A DNA stretch of 64,000 nucleotides from an uncultured Acidobacteriota bacterium (GTDB lineage: Bacteria > Acidobacteriota > UBA6911). Both the position numbers and the translations under genes were made by a program. Below are positions 49,719 to 59,490 of the stretch, one piece after another (within the stretch, counting starts at the first letter, position 1; every line of letters begins with the position of its first letter). The notes beneath the pieces are model-generated. The model did not search any database. It was not told the DNA's origin and was given only the letters and a program-made list of their open reading frames with translations. The DNA lies in assembly GCA_963809485.1 (NCBI GenBank), contig CAWEJX010000001.1, positions 64,001 to 128,000 on the forward strand, read 5' to 3'.

Positions 49719-52154
49719 ATGTTTTATTATTTGCGCTTGTTGTTTCTGGCCGTCATCGCCCTTTTGTGCACTCCATTGATGTTGTTGCTTTGGCTGACAC
49801 TTTTCTTCTGCAACTGGATAGGGCTCCTCTCCCTTTTGTCCAGGCAGCGCCTGCCTGCGCAATGCCCGCCCATATCCGGCATCGCTTCCATCGTGGTTCT
49901 CAACTGCAACGGAAAAGACCTGCTGGCACAGGGCATTCCCTCCATCCTGGAGGCGGTGCGCGAGGACGGCCGGCCTCACGAGGTCCTTGTTGTTGACAAC
50001 GGAAGCACGGACGGCTCGGTCGAGTATGTGCGTCAATCGTTCCCCGATGTGCGCGTCCTGGCCTTGCCGGAGAACCTCGGGTTTGCCGAGGGCAACAACG
50101 CCGGAGTTCGGGCCGCCCTGCACGACGTGGTTGTTCTTCTCAATAACGATATGATCGTGGATCGATGTTTTCTGGGACCGCTGCTGCGGGGCTTCGGTCC
50201 CGGAACCTTCGCGGTTTCCAGCCGGATTTTTTTCCAGGATCGGGCCAAAAGACGCGAGGAAACGGGAAAAACGACGGCGGCTTTTCGCCGCGGATGGATC
50301 GACTACACCCACAGCGGACCTGATGTAGAGGCTTTTGCGCGCGAATACTACCCTGCTTTTTGGGCGGGCGGCGGGTCTTCGGCCTTCCATCGGCAGAGGT
50401 TTCTCGAGCTCGGAGGATTCCGCAAGCTGTATTCTCCCGCCTACGTGGAGGACACGGATCTGTCGTACCAGGCCTGGACCGCTGGATGGGAAGTTCTCTG
50501 GGCACCGCAATCGATCGTATATCACAAACACAGAGCCACGAGCAGCCGGTTTTTCAGCCCCTCGGAGCTTGAAACGCTTGTTACCCGCAATCAGCTGCTT
50601 TTTCTGTGGATAAACATCCGCGACTGGAAATTCCTGATTTCTCACGGCATTTATCTGCCCTGGAATCTGTACCGCATGATGCGCGATCACGGGATCATCG
50701 CGGCGAAGGGATGGATCCAGGCGGCCCTTCAATTCCCCTCGGCCATGGCGGACAAACTGAGGCTTCCCTACCGGCAAATCCGCGCCGATGCCGAGGTTTT
50801 TAAGCTCTTATCCAGGCCGGATCTTTACTTCTGGAAACGCAAGTCCCTTCACTCGCACGTGGTGGGCCCAAACGGCTCCAAACCGCGCCTTTTGTGGCTT
50901 ACGGCCTACCTGCCCCACACGGGGCGTCACGCCGGGGCAGGCCGCATGTTTCAACTGCTGAAGCGCCTCTCCGCAGACTATCGGATCACGCTTCTGAGTT
51001 TTCTCGAGACGGACGATGAAACGATATTCCTGCCCGAGGTGGAGTCGTTGTGCGAGAACGTAATTGCCATGAGGCGCTCGAGGCGCAGACGGTGGCATAT
51101 TTTCGCCTATGAGCCTTTTGATGAATTTCGCACGCCGGAAATGCAGCGGGCATTGAACCAGTGTCTCGAGGAATCCGATTTTGACCTCATACAGCTGGAG
51201 TACACCCAGATGGCCTGCTATGCAGACAGGAGTCGGGGGATCCCGACGATTCTTACAAAGCATGAGGTCGATTTCGCCGCATGTGCCCGCCGCGCAACGA
51301 GGGAGCCTGGCCCCGCCGGCAAGGCGCGCTGGTTTTACAACTATCTCCAGGTTCTGGACCGCGAGGTAAAACTCACACGCGATGTGGACGCCGCGGTCTG
51401 CATGACCGATCCGGATGCCCGGGAATTGAAAAGGTACTGTCCCTCTCTGCCAACGCACGTAATAAACACCGGCGTGGATCTCGACTATTTCAAGCCTCCG
51501 GAGCTGCCGGCGGAGGGATCCCGCCTGGTTTTTGTCGGCGCTTTCCAGCACCTGCCGAACGTCGAGGCCATGATTTATTTCTGCAGGGAGGTACTCCCGC
51601 TGGTCCGGAAAGAGACGCCTTATTCAGAATTGTTTATTGTCGGAAGCAATCCTGCGCCCGCCATTCTGGCCCTCTCAACGATCCCGGGAGTTCACGTCAC
51701 CGGATTTGTCCCCGACATACGCCCGTACATGGCCGCCAGTTCCGTTTATGTTGTTCCGCTGCGTCTTGGTGTAGGGATACGGGGCAAAATCCTGGAGGCC
51801 TGGAGCATGGCGATGGCCGTGGTATCCACGCCCGTCGGCGCTGCCGGATTGCATTGCGAGCACGGCCAAAACATCCTGATTGGGGATTCCGCAGTGGAAA
51901 TGGCGGCGCAAATAGCCATGCTATTGAGCAATCCTGAGCTCCGTCAGAGGCTCGGAGCGGAAGGGAGAAAAACCGCCGAGCAGTTCTATGGATGGGAGAG
52001 ATCGGCCGGACAACTCGACGCGCTTTATCGATTCTACCTGAGCCGGCCGGATACCATCGAGAAGTCTCATGCTCCAGCTGCTCAGAAATGGACGAACGCA
52101 CGGCCCGGGATTCCTGCGGCGCTGGAAAGCCGTCCCCATGCATATGTCGAATAG
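49719..52154 (+). CDS. GT2-GT4 fusion glycosyltransferase with N-terminal TM anchor
   Basis: VVDNGSTDGS, LLNND, YVEDTDL; VPLRLGVGIRGKILEA. Confidence 0.9.
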   Translation: MFYYLRLLFLAVIALLCTPLMLLLWLTLFFCNWIGLLSLLSRQRLPAQCPPISGIASIVVLNCNGKDLLAQGIPSILEAVREDGRPHEVLVVDNGSTDGSVEYVRQSFPDVRVLALPENLGFAEGNNAGVRAALHDVVVLLNNDMIVDRCFLGPLLRGFGPGTFAVSSRIFFQDRAKRREETGKTTAAFRRGWIDYTHSGPDVEAFAREYYPAFWAGGGSSAFHRQRFLELGGFRKLYSPAYVEDTDLSYQAWTAGWEVLWAPQSIVYHKHRATSSRFFSPSELETLVTRNQLLFLWINIRDWKFLISHGIYLPWNLYRMMRDHGIIAAKGWIQAALQFPSAMADKLRLPYRQIRADAEVFKLLSRPDLYFWKRKSLHSHVVGPNGSKPRLLWLTAYLPHTGRHAGAGRMFQLLKRLSADYRITLLSFLETDDETIFLPEVESLCENVIAMRRSRRRRWHIFAYEPFDEFRTPEMQRALNQCLEESDFDLIQLEYTQMACYADRSRGIPTILTKHEVDFAACARRATREPGPAGKARWFYNYLQVLDREVKLTRDVDAAVCMTDPDARELKRYCPSLPTHVINTGVDLDYFKPPELPAEGSRLVFVGAFQHLPNVEAMIYFCREVLPLVRKETPYSELFIVGSNPAPAILALSTIPGVHVTGFVPDIRPYMAASSVYVVPLRLGVGIRGKILEAWSMAMAVVSTPVGAAGLHCEHGQNILIGDSAVEMAAQIAMLLSNPELRQRLGAEGRKTAEQFYGWERSAGQLDALYRFYLSRPDTIEKSHAPAAQKWTNARPGIPAALESRPHAYVE

Positions 52155-52238
52155 TCCGAGGAAGCCAAAACGGCAAACGCGGATTTTGCAGCGCGCCTGA
52201 AGAGCAGAAGTTGCAGCCGGGAGGTTTTATTACAGAAT

Positions 52239-52904
52239 ATGAAAGACACCCTGATTGAAAAAGCGACACCTCCATCGCCGGTTTTCGGGAGACTTTCGCA
52301 GTCTGCAGGCCCATCCGATGTTGCCCGGCCCCAGCCGGATCATGGGAGGCAGAAAATCCTCATCCTGCAATCAGCAGAGCCTGTCTATGTGCTCAAAGCC
52401 ATGGAAGCGCTGAGAGAACAATCGCTTCATCAAAATCCCAGCTACACGGTTTTTTGCCGCAGCCAGCAGGAATCGATCGAGAGCTTTCAGGGGCACCCTA
52501 TGCTGGACCACATGCTGGTGCATTCGGAAACGCGCGGCAGCTGGGCCCACCTCCGGAATCTGAGACGGGCGCGATTCGACACAGCGGTGCTTTTCCTGAC
52601 AGGCGATCCTGGCTATTGGAAGGTGAAACTTTTTGCCTTCCTGCTCGGAGCGAAGCGCAAGTTGGTGTTCGACGAAACCGGGGATTGTTTTTTCTTTGGT
52701 TTCCGCCGGTGGATTAGGCTTATTGCCCGGAGGATGAGAGAGCGGCCTCCAAGGGAGGCACAATCCCGCTGCCTGAATACAGCATTTGCGCTGTTATTCA
52801 CGCTGCTGAAGGTGATTGTCCTGCCCTTCCGGTTCGTGTGGCTGCTCCTTGTCTGGATCCGGCTTCGTCAAGGCGGGTGGAAAGCATCCGGGGTGGAGTC
52901 ATGA
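52239..52904 (+). CDS. Stand-alone paralog of the N-terminal domain of the 46213 protein, with C-terminal hydrophobic segment
   Basis: 55/108 identical residues by hand alignment, ungapped (QSAEP, TVFCR, GHPML, ETRG, TGDP.YWK). Confidence 0.8.
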   Translation: MKDTLIEKATPPSPVFGRLSQSAGPSDVARPQPDHGRQKILILQSAEPVYVLKAMEALREQSLHQNPSYTVFCRSQQESIESFQGHPMLDHMLVHSETRGSWAHLRNLRRARFDTAVLFLTGDPGYWKVKLFAFLLGAKRKLVFDETGDCFFFGFRRWIRLIARRMRERPPREAQSRCLNTAFALLFTLLKVIVLPFRFVWLLLVWIRLRQGGWKASGVES

Positions 52905-54052
52905 ATTTCAGGCTCGATTGCCGCTATTTTGAAGGGCTGAAACCATGCCGGTTCCGTCGCGAGTGCCCGGGCTGTGAGCATTATGCCCCTTTTGGGAAGA
53001 GGATTCTGATTATCAAGCTGGCGGCGATGGGAGATGTGTTGCGGACAACCCCCTTGTTGCGGGGGCTGCGCGCAGGAGATCCGGGCTGCCACCTCACATG
53101 GCTCACTGAGGCGAATGTCATCCCTCTGCTTCAAGGAATTCCCGAAATCGACCGGCTTCTGCCATATTCTTACGAGACTATTCTCCAATTGGAAATGGAA
53201 ACGTTTGACGAGATCTGCTGTTTTGACAAGGAGCCCAAAGCCGCCGCGCTGGCCATGAAACTGCGATCGGGGCGCAAGATCGGATTCGGCATGAGCCCTT
53301 ACGGGAGCATTATTCCTTTGAACGAAGGATCCGAATATGCCTATCAATTGGGGATCGACGATCCTTTGAAATTTCGCGTCAATACAAAAACATACCAGGA
53401 ACTAATTTATGAATGCACGGGAATTCCCCATCCCGAACCGCAGGAATACTGCCTTTCGGATTTGTCGACAGAAATCAGAGCAGAAAGAAGGATCCTGCAT
53501 TCCATAGGCGTGCCTCCCGCAGGCCTCAAGATTGGACTCAATACCGGCGCCGGGGAACTCTTCGCCAGCAAAAAGTGGACAGAAGAGGGCTATGCCCGGC
53601 TTGCCGACCGGCTGATAGAGGAACTGGGCGCCAGGGTATTGCTGTTGGGCGGACCGGAGGAAGTGGAACGGAATATGCGGATCGCGGCGGCGGCCCGTCA
53701 TACGCTGGTAAACACCGGCAACGGCAATCCTATACGGGAGTTCGCAGGAATCGTGGGGAACTGCAGCCTCATAGTAACCGGAGACACGCTGGCGCTGCAC
53801 ATAGCGATCGGTCTCAGAGTTCCCGTTGTCGCCATTTTCGGCCCAACTTGCCACCAGGAGATCGAGTTCTATGGCCGCGGGGCCAAAATCACTTCAGGGT
53901 TTGAATGCAGCCCCTGCTACCTGGGCACCTGCCCGAGGGAATTCACCTGCATGGATGCGATTGCCGCAGACGAGGTTTTCCGGGTCACGAAGAAACTTGT
54001 CAGTGATTTGCAGTTGACCGGTGGAAACCGGCCTCAATCCCAAAAGGTATAA
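52901..54052 (+). CDS. Glycosyltransferase family 9 (heptosyltransferase-like) with Cys-rich termini
   Basis: ILIIKLAAMGDVLRTTP, KKW, LLGGPEE, VTGDT..H, FGPT; ATGA overlap. Confidence 0.9.
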   Translation: MNFRLDCRYFEGLKPCRFRRECPGCEHYAPFGKRILIIKLAAMGDVLRTTPLLRGLRAGDPGCHLTWLTEANVIPLLQGIPEIDRLLPYSYETILQLEMETFDEICCFDKEPKAAALAMKLRSGRKIGFGMSPYGSIIPLNEGSEYAYQLGIDDPLKFRVNTKTYQELIYECTGIPHPEPQEYCLSDLSTEIRAERRILHSIGVPPAGLKIGLNTGAGELFASKKWTEEGYARLADRLIEELGARVLLLGGPEEVERNMRIAAAARHTLVNTGNGNPIREFAGIVGNCSLIVTGDTLALHIAIGLRVPVVAIFGPTCHQEIEFYGRGAKITSGFECSPCYLGTCPREFTCMDAIAADEVFRVTKKLVSDLQLTGGNRPQSQKV

Positions 54053-54717
54053 CGAAAGATGAAATAGATGGCGGCGACGCCGTCCTTCCAGCCGATCTTC
54101 TTTCCCTCGGAATAATCGCGGCCGCTGTAGGATATCGGCACTTCATAGATCCGGAACCGGGCTTTGCCCACCTTTGCGGTAAATTCGGGCTCAAAGCCGA
54201 ACCGGTTTTCCCGAAGCGTAATTTTTTTCAGGATATCGGCGCGGAAGACCTTATAGCAGGTTTCCATGTCGGTGAGGTTCAGATCGGTTAGCATGTTCGA
54301 CAGTGTTGTCAGGAAGCGGTTCCCCACCGAATGCCAGAAAAGCAGGACACGGTGAGGCCCTCCCAAAAAGCGCGAACCGAAAACCACATCGGCCTTGTTG
54401 GCGAGGATGGGCTGCATCAGGGCCGGGTATTCCGCCGGATCGTACTCGAGATCCGCGTCCTGGATCACGATAATATCTCCGGACACGGAAGAAAATCCTT
54501 TGCGCAGCGCTGCCCCTTTCCCCGCATTCTGAGGCTGCAGTATGATTTTCAGATCATCCGACGGAGGCAACGTCTGGAGAATTTCACGGGTTCCATCCGT
54601 GGAGCAATCGTCCACGACGATGATTTCTTTCTCCAGCTTTACGTCGCGCACGCGGTCGATGACGTACAGAATCGTGTTCTTCTCGTTGTAAACCGGTATG
54701 ACCACCGAGAGTTTCAT
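54034..54717 (-). CDS. GT2 polyprenol-phosphate glycosyltransferase (DPM1/GtrB-like)
   Basis: VIPVYNE, VDDCSTDGT, GKGAA, QDADLEYDP, TDMETCYK. Confidence 0.9.
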   Translation of the reverse strand: MKLSVVIPVYNEKNTILYVIDRVRDVKLEKEIIVVDDCSTDGTREILQTLPPSDDLKIILQPQNAGKGAALRKGFSSVSGDIIVIQDADLEYDPAEYPALMQPILANKADVVFGSRFLGGPHRVLLFWHSVGNRFLTTLSNMLTDLNLTDMETCYKVFRADILKKITLRENRFGFEPEFTAKVGKARFRIYEVPISYSGRDYSEGKKIGWKDGVAAIYFIFRYTFWD

Positions 54718-54859
54718 ATCGCAGCCCCCGAAAAATGGCTATAATAGCCCGTGATTACAAACGGATAAACAGAGATATTAAGAACATAGATGTCTGTACC
54801 ATCCGGCATGCCCGATCCGTAAGATTCTACAGACTACTTGTTTTTCACCTGCGAAATCC

Positions 54860-55894
54860 ATGCCGAATTTGCCTCTCGTATCGATTGTCATCCCGAATCA
54901 GGACGGTTGCGCATACCTGGAAAACTGCCTGCGATCGCTGCTGGCCCAGTCCTATGCCAAAATGGAAATTGTCATCGTGGATAACGCCTCCCGCGACCGC
55001 TCTGTCGAAATTGCCCGCGCCATGGCACCGCAGGCGGTTCTGCTGGAGCAGAAACGGAACCTCGGGTTCGCCGGTGGAGCCAACGCCGGAATACGGGTCT
55101 CAAGGGGAGACTGGGTGGCTGTCCTCAACAACGATACCGAAGTGGCAATGGACTGGCTGCTGGAATGTGTGCGCGCCATCCAGAATTACCCGGATGCCGG
55201 CTTTCTGGCCTGCAGGATCCTTAATTTCAGCAAACGCCGCCATATATACAGTGCGGGGGACTGTATCCTGCGTGCAGGCATAGGCTACCGGAGAGGCCAG
55301 GATCAGCAGGACAGGGTGCACTATCGCGAGGAATGCGAAATATTCGCTGCGTCCGGATGTGCGGCCCTGTACCACCGGCAGGCGCTTGAAGAACTCGGGG
55401 GCTACGATGAACGCTTTTTTGCCTATCTTGAAGACGTCGACCTCGGGTTGAGGCTTCGGGCCGCAGGCTACCGCGGCTATTACGTTCCGCGGGCTGAAGT
55501 CTATCACCATGGGGCGGCAACAAGCGGAGGGGAGTTTTCACCTCTGGCTGTGCGGCTGCGCACCCGCAACTCCCTTTTTGTGCTGATCAAGAGCATCCCC
55601 GCATCCATATTGCTGCGGTGCTTCCCGATGATATTCCTTGCGCAGCTATGGTGGCTGATGCGTGCCGCGGCCCATAAGCGGTTGCCTCAATATGCCAGGG
55701 GTGTGGCGGAAGCACTCCGGTTTGCGCCGGCAATGCTCGGAGACCGCGCCCGGCTGCGCCCATACTGGCGAAAGTCAAGAGCGAGGCTCTGGCAGGAGAT
55801 CCTTAAATCCGAATCGCTGGCGCGCAGGGATTTCGCGCCTGCACCGGAAGAGCCGGTTTCCCTGTTTTTAAAGTGGTATTTCCGCCTGTTTTGA
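54860..55894 (+). CDS. Glycosyltransferase family 2
   Basis: VDNASRD, NLGFAGGAN, LNNDT, YLEDVDL. Confidence 0.9.
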   Translation: MPNLPLVSIVIPNQDGCAYLENCLRSLLAQSYAKMEIVIVDNASRDRSVEIARAMAPQAVLLEQKRNLGFAGGANAGIRVSRGDWVAVLNNDTEVAMDWLLECVRAIQNYPDAGFLACRILNFSKRRHIYSAGDCILRAGIGYRRGQDQQDRVHYREECEIFAASGCAALYHRQALEELGGYDERFFAYLEDVDLGLRLRAAGYRGYYVPRAEVYHHGAATSGGEFSPLAVRLRTRNSLFVLIKSIPASILLRCFPMIFLAQLWWLMRAAAHKRLPQYARGVAEALRFAPAMLGDRARLRPYWRKSRARLWQEILKSESLARRDFAPAPEEPVSLFLKWYFRLF

Positions 55895-55898
55895 TTTG

Positions 55899-56281
55899 AG
55901 TCAGGTACCTCCGGCAAAGCCGGAGGCTTGAAAGATTTGAACCGCTCAAAGCGGTTGGAGGAGTTGCGCCGGTCTTGAACGCTGACTTACGCGGGCAAAA
56001 GCCGATGAGGCGCTTCCGATCCCCGCAGAGGCAAGCGCTCCGCGCTGGACAGTTTTCTGCGGCGGCACTGTGGCAAGCGCCGTGCGGCAAGGAGATGAAG
56101 GGTATGAGAAACCGGGCGTTTGCCACAGTGCCGCCGCAGAAAACGCCATCGGAAGCGCCTCATCGGCTTTTGCTCGCCGAACAAATCGGCGTTTGTCAGC
56201 GCTTTTATCAGCGTTTCAAAATATGGAGCTGTCAAACTCTTTGAGTCCCCCGGCAGAGCCGGGGGTTTGCCCATGTAATTA
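55899..56281. mobile_element. Non-autonomous palindromic element (IS200/IS605-derived PATE-like), copy 2, carrying a long nested hairpin
   Basis: CCTCCGGCAAAGCCGGAGG and CCCCCGGCAGAGCCGGGGG subterminal hairpins; shares both ends with 49092-49319. Confidence 0.8.
55995..56173. repeat. Nested perfect inverted repeats (26 bp and 25 bp arms)
   Basis: 55995-56020 / 56148-56173 and 56052-56076 / 56120-56144 are exact reverse complements. Confidence 0.9.
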
Positions 56282-56315
56282 AGAACCGGAGCCTAGTGAA
56301 GGGCCAGGAGGCCGG

Positions 56316-57245
56316 GTGGTTTCGATTATTATAGTAAATTGGAATTCTGGAAGGCTGCTGGAAAACTGTGTGCAGTCGCTGATCGGAAATGCAGCGGGAT
56401 GCCAGATTGTGATCGTCGATAACGCCTCCACGGATTCCAGTCTGGCATTTTTGGAAAGCACGGGGGGAGATGTCTCTCTACTGCGGAACCGCCGTAATAT
56501 CGGCTTTGCAGCCGCGAACAATCTCGGATGGCGGGAGAGCAAAGGTGCCAGCATCCTATTTCTCAACCCCGACACGGAAAGCCTCCATGGGTCTGTCGAA
56601 CTCCTGGACAGCACCCTCTCTGCAGACCATGGAGTTTGGGCGGCGGGCGGCCACCTTGTAAGTCCATCCGGGCAGCTCCAATCGGATTTCAATGTGCGGC
56701 CGTTTCCCACCGTCGGGAGAGTAGCGGCAGATATGCTGTTTCTTGACGAAATCCTGCATTGCGGCCCACGGAAACGCGCCGGTCGGGTGGCGCAGGGCGA
56801 CGTCGCGATGGATGTGGACCAGCCGGCAGCCGCATGTCTGATGGTTAAGAGAACGGCTCTGGAATCTGCCGGAGGCTTCGACGAAAGCTTTCGCCCCGCG
56901 TGGTTTGAGGACGTGGATCTCTGCAAACGCATTCGCAACCAGGGCGGGCGGATAAGGTATGTGCCTGGGGCGCGCTTCATTCATCATGGAAGTTACAGCC
57001 TCAGCCGGATGTCCAGGCAGGACTTTCTAGAATCTTTTCATTCAAACCAGATCCGCTATTTCCGCAAGCATCACGGACCGCGCATTGCGGCCCGTGTCAA
57101 AAAAATTGTTGTGCTGGGGCTGTTTTTGCGAAGCGCGATTTCGGTAGCCTATCCGCTGGCGCCCGGTTTGTCGCGGCTCTCGTCGGCGCGAGCTTTCTGG
57201 ATAGCCGCCAGGCGCATCGGAAAGCTTCCCGAGGTGGCGGCATGA
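56316..57245 (+). CDS. Glycosyltransferase family 2 (WbbL/rhamnosyltransferase-like)
   Basis: SIIIVNWN, VDNASTD, GFAAANN, FLNPDT, FEDVDLC. Confidence 0.9.
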   Translation: MVSIIIVNWNSGRLLENCVQSLIGNAAGCQIVIVDNASTDSSLAFLESTGGDVSLLRNRRNIGFAAANNLGWRESKGASILFLNPDTESLHGSVELLDSTLSADHGVWAAGGHLVSPSGQLQSDFNVRPFPTVGRVAADMLFLDEILHCGPRKRAGRVAQGDVAMDVDQPAAACLMVKRTALESAGGFDESFRPAWFEDVDLCKRIRNQGGRIRYVPGARFIHHGSYSLSRMSRQDFLESFHSNQIRYFRKHHGPRIAARVKKIVVLGLFLRSAISVAYPLAPGLSRLSSARAFWIAARRIGKLPEVAA

Positions 57246-58258
57246 GCGCCAGGCTGCTGATCAGCATCGTAACCTTCAACTCGGGAACCCGCCTGGGACT
57301 CTGTCTTGAAAGCCTGAAGAGGCAGACCTTTCGCGATTTCTGCGTTTGCCTGTGGGACAACGCTTCCGTGGATGAGACCTCCTCGATCATCGCCGCGCAC
57401 AGGGATGTTTTGGAATCCGCCTGTTTTTCGAAAAGCAACCTGGGATTTTGCTCTGCACACAATCGCCTGATCTCTTCGACACCGTCGGAATATGTGCTGG
57501 TGCTGAATCCGGATGTTGTGCTTGAAGCGCGTTTCCTGGAAATCCTGATCCGGGCAATGGAAGAGGATGCGCGAGCCGGGTCGGCGACCGGCAAATTGCT
57601 GCGCTGGCCGCCGGAGACTCATAATCCTGAATCCCCTCAGGGAGCTTCTGCCAGGATCCTGGACAGTACGGGAATATACATCACTCCGAACCAACGCCAT
57701 TTTGATCGGGGCTCCGGTGAAATGGATACGGGGCAGTATGACAGACGGGATTATGTCTTCGGAGCTACCGGAGCCGCGGCGCTATATCGGCGCGCCATGC
57801 TGCAGGAAATTCAGGAAGAAGGCGAATACTTCGATGAAAGCTTTTTTGCCTATCGGGAGGACGTAGATCTGGCCTGGCGGGCTCAGTGGATGGGGTGGCG
57901 TTGCCTGTACGTCCCCGGCGCCAGGGGCTATCATGAGAGAAAGGTGCTGCCCGAGCGGCGTCCGGCGTTGCCCCGGATCGTTAATATGCACTCGTTTAAA
58001 AATCGATTCCTTCTGCGCATTAAAAACATGGATCCTGGAACCTATGCCCGGTTTTTCCTCCCGATCACGCTGCGGGACATCGGAATATTCGGATATGTCC
58101 TGATCCGTGAATGGCCTTCCCTGACCGGTATCCCGATGATCATACGGGCTATTCCCAGGTCATGGGCCCGCCGCAAATCCTTGTTTCATCGCCGGAGGTT
58201 GGCACCTGCAGAGATGCGCTCCTGGTTTTCCTACCGTCCCGTGGCAAAAGACCACTGA
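57242..58258 (+). CDS. Glycosyltransferase family 2
   Basis: SIVTFNS, DNASVD, NLGF..AHN, LNPDV, YREDVDLAWR. Confidence 0.9.
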   Translation: MSARLLISIVTFNSGTRLGLCLESLKRQTFRDFCVCLWDNASVDETSSIIAAHRDVLESACFSKSNLGFCSAHNRLISSTPSEYVLVLNPDVVLEARFLEILIRAMEEDARAGSATGKLLRWPPETHNPESPQGASARILDSTGIYITPNQRHFDRGSGEMDTGQYDRRDYVFGATGAAALYRRAMLQEIQEEGEYFDESFFAYREDVDLAWRAQWMGWRCLYVPGARGYHERKVLPERRPALPRIVNMHSFKNRFLLRIKNMDPGTYARFFLPITLRDIGIFGYVLIREWPSLTGIPMIIRAIPRSWARRKSLFHRRRLAPAEMRSWFSYRPVAKDH

Positions 58259-58389
58259 AACCATAGCCGCTGAAACCAATCGACAATCGACTCATGAGAA
58301 TTCCTTGGAACCTGGAGGATTCGAGGTCAACGCAGCCGACATCCTAGTCTCAACGGCAATGGATCTCCCCCACGATATGCAAAAACGGA

Positions 58390-59448
58390 CTAGCAGAGCC
58401 TAAGGTCGGCTGAGGCGTTGAGGTCGAGGTTGAGGGGAGAAGGCTGCTGCAGCTTCGGCGTGCCGGCGGCCGCAATCATTGCGGCGTTATCCGTAGTCAA
58501 GTCAATGCTGGGATAATAAACTCGCACCAGAGGAATGCCTCTGACATCCTGACTGCATTCCTCAAAAGCCTTTTTGAAGGTCTTCCTCAACAAGGAATTG
58601 CAGGCCACGCCCCCGACCAGGAGGATCGAGCGCGGCTGCAAAAGGGACTGGGCCTTCCGTGTCTGGGAAACCAGGGTGTTCACAATAGCCTGTTGGTAGC
58701 TGGCGACAAGGTCCAGTATCGTCCGCGAGATCTTCGCCCCGGGGCGGCGCGGCCTGATTCCCTTTTCCTGGATGTGACGCAGGGCTGCCGTCTTGAACCC
58801 GCTGAAACTGAAGTCCAGGCTGCCGTCACTTATCTTTGGAATAGAAAATGAGAAGCGGCTTGCGTCCCCATCCTTCGACAGCCTGTCGATAAGCGGTCCG
58901 CCGGGATAACCCAAGCCGAGAAATTTGGCGATTTTATCCAGCGCTTCTCCAGCCGCATCGTCTCGGGTCCTTCCGACAGATTGATACTTGCCAGGCGAGG
59001 GAGAGTGGATCAGGGATGTATGACCGCCGGAAACGGCCAAGGCCAGCACGGGGTATTCTATTTCCGTGTGCTCGATTAGGGCCGAATAGATATGCCCTTC
59101 GATATGATTGACGGGAACCAGCGGCTTGTGAATGGAGAAGGCCATCGCTTTGGCGAACGATACCCCAACCAGCAGGGATCCGATGAGCCCGGGCCCCTGA
59201 GTGACCGCGATGCCGTCGACATCCCCGTAAGCTTTGCCTGCTTCGGCAAAAGCCTGCCGGACGACGTAGCCTATATTGCGCAAATGCTCGCGGCTGGCCA
59301 GTTCCGGAACCACGCCTCCAAAGCTTCGGTGAGTCCGGACCTGTGAAGCTACCACGCTGGAGAGGATGCAGTGCCCGTCCTCTACGAGCGCGGCGGCCGT
59401 TTCATCGCACGAAGACTCTATTCCCAATACGAGCATTGTCGGTTTCAT
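58390..59448 (-). CDS. tsaD: tRNA N6-adenosine threonylcarbamoyltransferase
   Basis: LGIESSCDETAA, GGVVPELASREH, HIEGH, SGGHT, DDAAGE, DNAAMIA. Confidence 0.96.
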   Translation of the reverse strand: MKPTMLVLGIESSCDETAAALVEDGHCILSSVVASQVRTHRSFGGVVPELASREHLRNIGYVVRQAFAEAGKAYGDVDGIAVTQGPGLIGSLLVGVSFAKAMAFSIHKPLVPVNHIEGHIYSALIEHTEIEYPVLALAVSGGHTSLIHSPSPGKYQSVGRTRDDAAGEALDKIAKFLGLGYPGGPLIDRLSKDGDASRFSFSIPKISDGSLDFSFSGFKTAALRHIQEKGIRPRRPGAKISRTILDLVASYQQAIVNTLVSQTRKAQSLLQPRSILLVGGVACNSLLRKTFKKAFEECSQDVRGIPLVRVYYPSIDLTTDNAAMIAAAGTPKLQQPSPLNLDLNASADLRLC

Positions 59449-59490
59449 CCTGCGAACCGCAATCTCAGCCCAGACGGCCCCCGGTTCGCC

